From an uncultured Planctomycetota bacterium (GTDB lineage Bacteria > Planctomycetota > PUPC01), in NCBI GenBank assembly GCA_964505325.1, contig CAZDHT010000004.1:1-55730 (forward strand): a stretch of 55,730 nucleotides of DNA, given 5' to 3'. Both the position numbers and the translations under genes were made by a program. Of this stretch, positions 52,768 to 55,730 are shown piece by piece. The notes below the pieces were generated by a model. The model saw nothing but the letters and a program-made list of their open reading frames with translations. It was not told where the DNA came from and ran no database searches. Numbering within the stretch: the stretch's first letter is position 1; each line of letters starts with the position of its first letter.

Positions 52768-52945
52768 GTGACATAAGGGGATGGGGAAGGAGGAAAACCC
52801 CGCAACGGGGAAGGCCCTCGCGGCTTGGCGGGCCGCGACGGGCTCTCGAGAGGGAGAAGCGGGGGCCGTTGGCCGGCCCCTGCTTCAGCCCTCGCCCCGG
52901 ACGGGACACCGCAAACCACTTCCACTGACCTGGCGGACAGACGGG
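52768..52945 (+). repeat. structured module R2
   Basis: Paralogue of R1: hairpin at 52819-52837, identical 24-mer at 52888-52911. Confidence 0.7.
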
Positions 52946-53206
52946 GACTAGGCGCGGCGCGCGAGGAGCACAGCGCCGCCGCGACGGGCGTTCACGGCGC
53001 GTAAAGACCGCCGCCGCACCGTCCGGCCGGGGTTGTCGGACCAACGCGCCACCCGACCCGGCAACGCCGACGGCCCGCCAGGTCCCGTTCACTTACCTCC
53101 CAGACAGTTGTGGGCAGAACAGGCGCAACAATCGCAGCCATTTGCGCATCAGACAGGGGCTTCCCCCGCCTTCCGCACGGAAATTGCGAAAAAGGAGGCG
53201 TTACGT

Positions 53207-53248
53207 GTGATCAGACCAGATCGAGGAGCAGGGCCGCTCGCGGCGTAG
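53207..53248 (+). CDS. candidate 13-codon leader ORF (MIRPDRGAGPLAA) overlapping the terminator stem
   Basis: AAGGAGG (53192-53198) lies 8 nt before the GTG. Codons 9-12 form the 5' arm of the terminator. A GTG-TGA start-stop at 53205-53210 is an alternative reading. Confidence 0.25.
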   Translation: MIRPDRGAGPLAA

Positions 53249-53265
53249 CGAGTGGCCCTTTTTTT
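53231..53265 (+). terminator. strong intrinsic terminator
   Basis: GGGCCGCTCGC-GGCGTA-GCGAGTGGCCC (11-bp stem with one G-T pair) followed by TTTTTTT. Confidence 0.8.
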
Positions 53266-53335
53266 GTCCGAACGGAGGCTGGACGCATGAACGGTGGTCC
53301 GCCCGCCTGCCCGCGAGGGAGAAAGGAAAGAAGCA

Positions 53336-53503
53336 ATGCCACCCACAAAGATCTGCCGCCACGAAGGAGCTCGATTTCACTGCGTGCAGCGGCTGGGCAA
53401 CCTGCCGCCCGTCGAGCTCTGGCACTGTCCGACGTGCAAGAGCACGGTCTCGATCGAGGGCGCTTGTGCGGCGCCCGCGGCCCATCGCCGTGACGCGATC
53501 TGA
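53336..53503 (+). CDS. 55-aa CxH...CxxC zinc-ribbon-like protein, family copy B
   Basis: MPPTKICRHEGARFHCVQRLGNLPPVELWHCPTCKSTVSIEG.... Purine-rich GAGAAAGGAAAG upstream. Confidence 0.6.
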   Translation: MPPTKICRHEGARFHCVQRLGNLPPVELWHCPTCKSTVSIEGACAAPAAHRRDAI

Positions 53504-53688
53504 CGCACGGCGGCGAGCAAACCCTCCGGCGCCTGCGGAGGGAGAAAGGAGAACTGCCAATGGCGTGAACGATGGAGCAATCGGAGCGCAGGGACACACG
53601 GTCCGTGCGCTGGGCAAGGCCGCTCACGGCGCAGTGAGCGGTCGAACGTTGTGTTGGAACCGCTGTTCCAAATCAAGGAGACGCAGCA

Positions 53689-54408
53689 ATGTCTTTGGAA
53701 ATGGACGAAGTAAGTACTTTGCTGGATAAGGCTACCATCGGGGACCTGATCGAACTCGCGCTGAAGAGCAAGGGGGGCGAGCTCAGCATCGCCACGAAGC
53801 CGGAAGCCGTCTTCCGCAGAGAAGGCGAGACCTGGGTGCTCCAGTTTGCCGGCAAGACGGTGTACGCCAAGGACCGAATCGGGCTGGAGTACATCAGCTA
53901 CCTCTTGGCGAACCCCGGGAACGCTGCCCCCGTGATGTCGCTTTACCTGGCCGTGACGGGTGGGCTGAACGGCTTTGCAGCCACGCGCCGCCGCTCAAAG
54001 CACGACGCGCAGCACGAGCTGAACGGGTGGCAGATCTCGCGCGCGGGAACAGCCGAGGTGCTCGCCGACCCGGCTGCCCTGGCCGAATGCCGCGAAAGAC
54101 TGCGGGAAATCGAAGCAGAGCTCGCGCAGGCCCAGGCGCAGAACGACGAGGCGCGGGCGCTCCGCCTGAAGGAGGAGCAGGAAGGACTGCTCCGGTACCT
54201 CAACGCGTGCAACCGCCTCGATGGCCGGCTCCGGCAGGTGGCCGATGTCCGGGAAAAGATCCGCAAGTCGGTCTCCAATGCGATCTCCCGGGCGATTTCG
54301 GTTATCTTGGACGACCACGAGGTGCTCGGGCGCCATCTGAGCAACAGCATCAAGACCGGCTATAAGATGGTGTACAATCCGGAAACGCCCGTCGAGTGGC
54401 ATCTCTGA
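53689..54408 (+). CDS. hypothetical protein, N-terminal FRREGE.W...F.G......D..GL.YI..LL..PG motif plus coiled-coil region
   Basis: 239-aa ORF with AAGGAG 7 nt upstream and normal composition, including a Glu/Ala/Leu-rich heptad-like segment (ECRERLREIEAELAQAQAQNDEARALRLKEEQEGLL). Confidence 0.65.
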   Translation: MSLEMDEVSTLLDKATIGDLIELALKSKGGELSIATKPEAVFRREGETWVLQFAGKTVYAKDRIGLEYISYLLANPGNAAPVMSLYLAVTGGLNGFAATRRRSKHDAQHELNGWQISRAGTAEVLADPAALAECRERLREIEAELAQAQAQNDEARALRLKEEQEGLLRYLNACNRLDGRLRQVADVREKIRKSVSNAISRAISVILDDHEVLGRHLSNSIKTGYKMVYNPETPVEWHL

Positions 54409-54692
54409 GCTGTTGTCGGCAGGCTTAAAATAGCGCGGCCCTGAAAAAAATGGGGCCGTCCACAGGCCGCATTGCAGGCCCAGTGTGGGGGGCCATCTCC
54501 GGCTCTACCGGGGTGTCACACTGGGGGCTCGCACTGGGGCAAAACCGTTCCATAGCACCCCTGCGGGCCTTTCATGCCGTCTCCGCCAGCGCGGCTCTCG
54601 GCGCCGACGGCCGGTCAGGCCGTCGTGTTTCTCCCGATCCTCCCCGCTCCACCCTCCGGCAGATCCAAAAAAAAACGGGCCGCGCGCCATTT

Positions 54693-54728
54693 GCTACACC
54701 ACTTGTAGCACTGCTACACGATTTGTAC
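54693..54728. promoter_or_regulatory. two tandem operator-like inverted repeats
   Basis: GCTACA-CCACT-TGTAGC (54693-54709) and GCTACA-CGATT-TGTACC (54712-54728), about 135-170 nt upstream of the 54861 start. Confidence 0.5.
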
Positions 54729-54860
54729 CGCATAGGGTAGTGAGGGGTAGAGCCCCATCGGTGTAAACGTACGCGGCCTGTCTCCGTCCAGCCGGGTCGG
54801 CTGGCGGGGCGGCCGCACAGTGACGGGTCGCGAGCGGGCCCGTCGAAAGGAGATGAGGAG

Positions 54861-55130
54861 ATGGAAGTCCTCTTGGCGGCTCTCGCCACATTGGGAGCGA
54901 CGCTGCTCCTGATGTTCGGGGGCATTGTCCTGGTTGGCGGCGTCGTTTGGCTGTGCTCTTGGTGGCTGACGCGGGAAGAGGTGGCCCGGTTCGGGAACCA
55001 CAAGGCCTTCTGGCCCGGCTCTCGCGCCGCCTCGGCGCCCACGTCGATGGGGCCGGACAAGGCGCCGGTCTTTGGCGGCGTGTCCCTGAAAAAGGCCGGT
55101 CCCGAGCAGACCCGGCGCCGCGCGGCCTAG
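54861..55130 (+). CDS. small membrane protein (one or two N-terminal TM segments)
   Basis: 89-aa ORF with AAAGGAGATGAGGAG just upstream. MEVLLAALATLGATLLLMFGGIVLVGGVVWLCSWWL hydrophobic N-terminus and a basic tail. Confidence 0.6.
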   Translation: MEVLLAALATLGATLLLMFGGIVLVGGVVWLCSWWLTREEVARFGNHKAFWPGSRAASAPTSMGPDKAPVFGGVSLKKAGPEQTRRRAA

Positions 55131-55151
55131 GGCCTGTGACGCAGTTTCGGC

Positions 55152-55243
55152 GGGGCAGGCGTCCGCCTTCGCGAGAGGGACATAGCCGCTTCGGCGGAGT
55201 CCCTTCCTGCCTGCCCGGTGGCGGATACGAATGTCCGCCGCAC
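55152..55243 (+). repeat. GC-rich multi-hairpin repeat, copy C
   Basis: Same central hairpin as copies A and B. The outer stem GGGCAGGC/GCCTGCCC and the 3' hairpin GGCGGATA-CGAA-TGTCCGCC carry compensatory changes relative to copy A. Confidence 0.8.
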
Positions 55244-55277
55244 ATTTGGTTGGAGTTCTTCAGAAGGAGGAATATCC

Positions 55278-55439
55278 GTGGCACCCAGAGAGCCCTGTCA
55301 TCACGAACGCGCCCGGTTCTTTTGCGTGCAGCAGCTCGGCAGCCTGCCGGCGGTCGAGCTCTGGCACTGCCCGACGTGCAAGAGCACGATCTCGGTCGAG
55401 GGCGTCCGCCGAGCGGCCAAGCGGCCCGCTGCGGCGTAG
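55278..55439 (+). CDS. 53-aa CxH...CxxC zinc-ribbon-like protein, family copy C
   Basis: GTG start 7 nt after AAGGAGG. (M)APREPCHHERARFFCVQQLGSLPAVELWHCPTCKSTISVEG.... Confidence 0.6.
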   Translation: MAPREPCHHERARFFCVQQLGSLPAVELWHCPTCKSTISVEGVRRAAKRPAAA

Positions 55440-55618
55440 CGGTCGCCACAGACGCCGTGCTGCGACCGGGTTCCGTGCGTACCCGGTAGGTGGCACGGGA
55501 AGCGCGGACGGAGAAACGCGGAATTGGCATGAGCATGACGCCGGCCCGGCGGGGAGACCTGTCGGGCGGGACCAGGAGCAAGCGGCCGGGCGCGTGGCCC
55601 GGCAAGGAGGCAACAACG

Positions 55619-55720
55619 ATGACGAGCGGCGTGAACACAGGCAGTTTCCAAAACGCGTTCGGCCCACACGGCCGAATGGAGGGGAAAGGAGGCGTGGCGT
55701 ATGACCTGATTCGGGAGTGA
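55619..55720 (+). CDS. 33-aa hypothetical peptide
   Basis: ATG 8 nt after AAGGAGG. MTSGVNTGSFQNAFGPHGRMEGKGGVAYDLIRE. No family recognised, and it lies close to the window end. Confidence 0.35.
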   Translation: MTSGVNTGSFQNAFGPHGRMEGKGGVAYDLIRE

Positions 55721-55730
55721 GCGGGGCTTG

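Larger units (their letters stand above)
51237..53265 (+). other. about 2 kb without a credible ORF, hairpin-dense; candidate large structured RNA or complex leader (function unknown)
   Basis: All six frames give only short Arg/Pro/Gly-rich ORFs. There are many stem-loops and palindromes and two paralogous modules, and the region ends in a strong plus-strand terminator. Confidence 0.35.

Noticed and set aside
53137-53145. GCCATTTGC, identical to the -12 region of the 29851 sigma-54 promoter (also at 29500-29508)
   Set aside because: When aligned on the TTGC, neither site has the obligatory GG at -24/-25 (they read ATCGCAG and GCACAGG). They are not sigma-54 promoters; they may be decayed copies or chance matches.
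54436-54458. Hairpin CGGCCC-N11-GGGCCG after the 239-aa gene as its terminator
   Set aside because: No T tract follows on the plus strand, and the A7 run is inside the loop. It is not a canonical intrinsic terminator.
1-55730. CRISPR arrays, integron attC arrays, rRNA genes, IS elements/transposases, integrases, retron or DGR reverse transcriptases
   Set aside because: I looked for regularly spaced direct repeats, R''/L'' attC-type imperfect palindromes flanking the cassettes, and the relevant protein motifs in all frames, and found none. The cassette-like structure at 10.8-12.6 kb uses gene-end duplications rather than attC sites.

Overview
This is a 55.7-kb high-GC bacterial chromosomal segment. 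The gene content (type-I sulfatase, PQQ-like beta-propeller, LamG/PA14/HEAT giant proteins, heparinase II/III-like lyase, sigma-54 two-component pair) suggests a Planctomycetota/PVC-like organism, but that is inference only. I can support about 47 protein genes, 2 tRNAs (Glu-UUC, Arg-ACG), 3 toxin-antitoxin-like pairs and several promoters and terminators. I saw no rRNA, CRISPR array, transposase or integrase ORF. Many of the longest ORFs in the track are Arg/Ala/Pro/Gly-rich antisense shadows of real genes and are not called. The core blocks are: cysS/ispF/macro/CsaA/DPD-like (0.1-6.5 kb); a polysaccharide-degradation set with PQQ propeller, sulfatase, LamG, enolase-superfamily and heparinase-like genes (6.7-24 kb); tilS-HIT-histidine kinase-sigma-54 activator (24.4-29 kb); an FHA-GT2/PA14-SGNH/DHS-like/HEAT operon (30.3-40 kb); ruvCAB; DUF3604; and acyl-CoA dehydrogenase with etfBA (40-48 kb). 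Five things stand out. (1) The accessory stretch after tRNA-Arg (48.4-55.7 kb) holds decayed genes, then about 2 kb with no credible ORF. That stretch is dense in hairpins, contains two paralogous ~180-nt modules and ends in a strong terminator that overlaps a 13-codon leader ORF. Small plus-strand genes with strong Shine-Dalgarno (SD, ribosome-binding) sites follow. (2) A family of ~54-aa CxH...CxxC proteins is present three times. One copy is a monocistronic unit behind a near-consensus sigma-54 promoter, next to the sigma-54 activator gene. (3) A GC-rich multi-hairpin repeat is present three times, with compensatory stem substitutions. (4) Three diverged copies of the carbamoyltransferase 3' end bracket two integrase-less mini-cassettes, one of which is mazEF. 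(5) Two long, perfect, AT-rich palindromes sit in intergenic DNA. Three frame disruptions lie in short mononucleotide repeats, so sequencing error is a live alternative to pseudogenisation.
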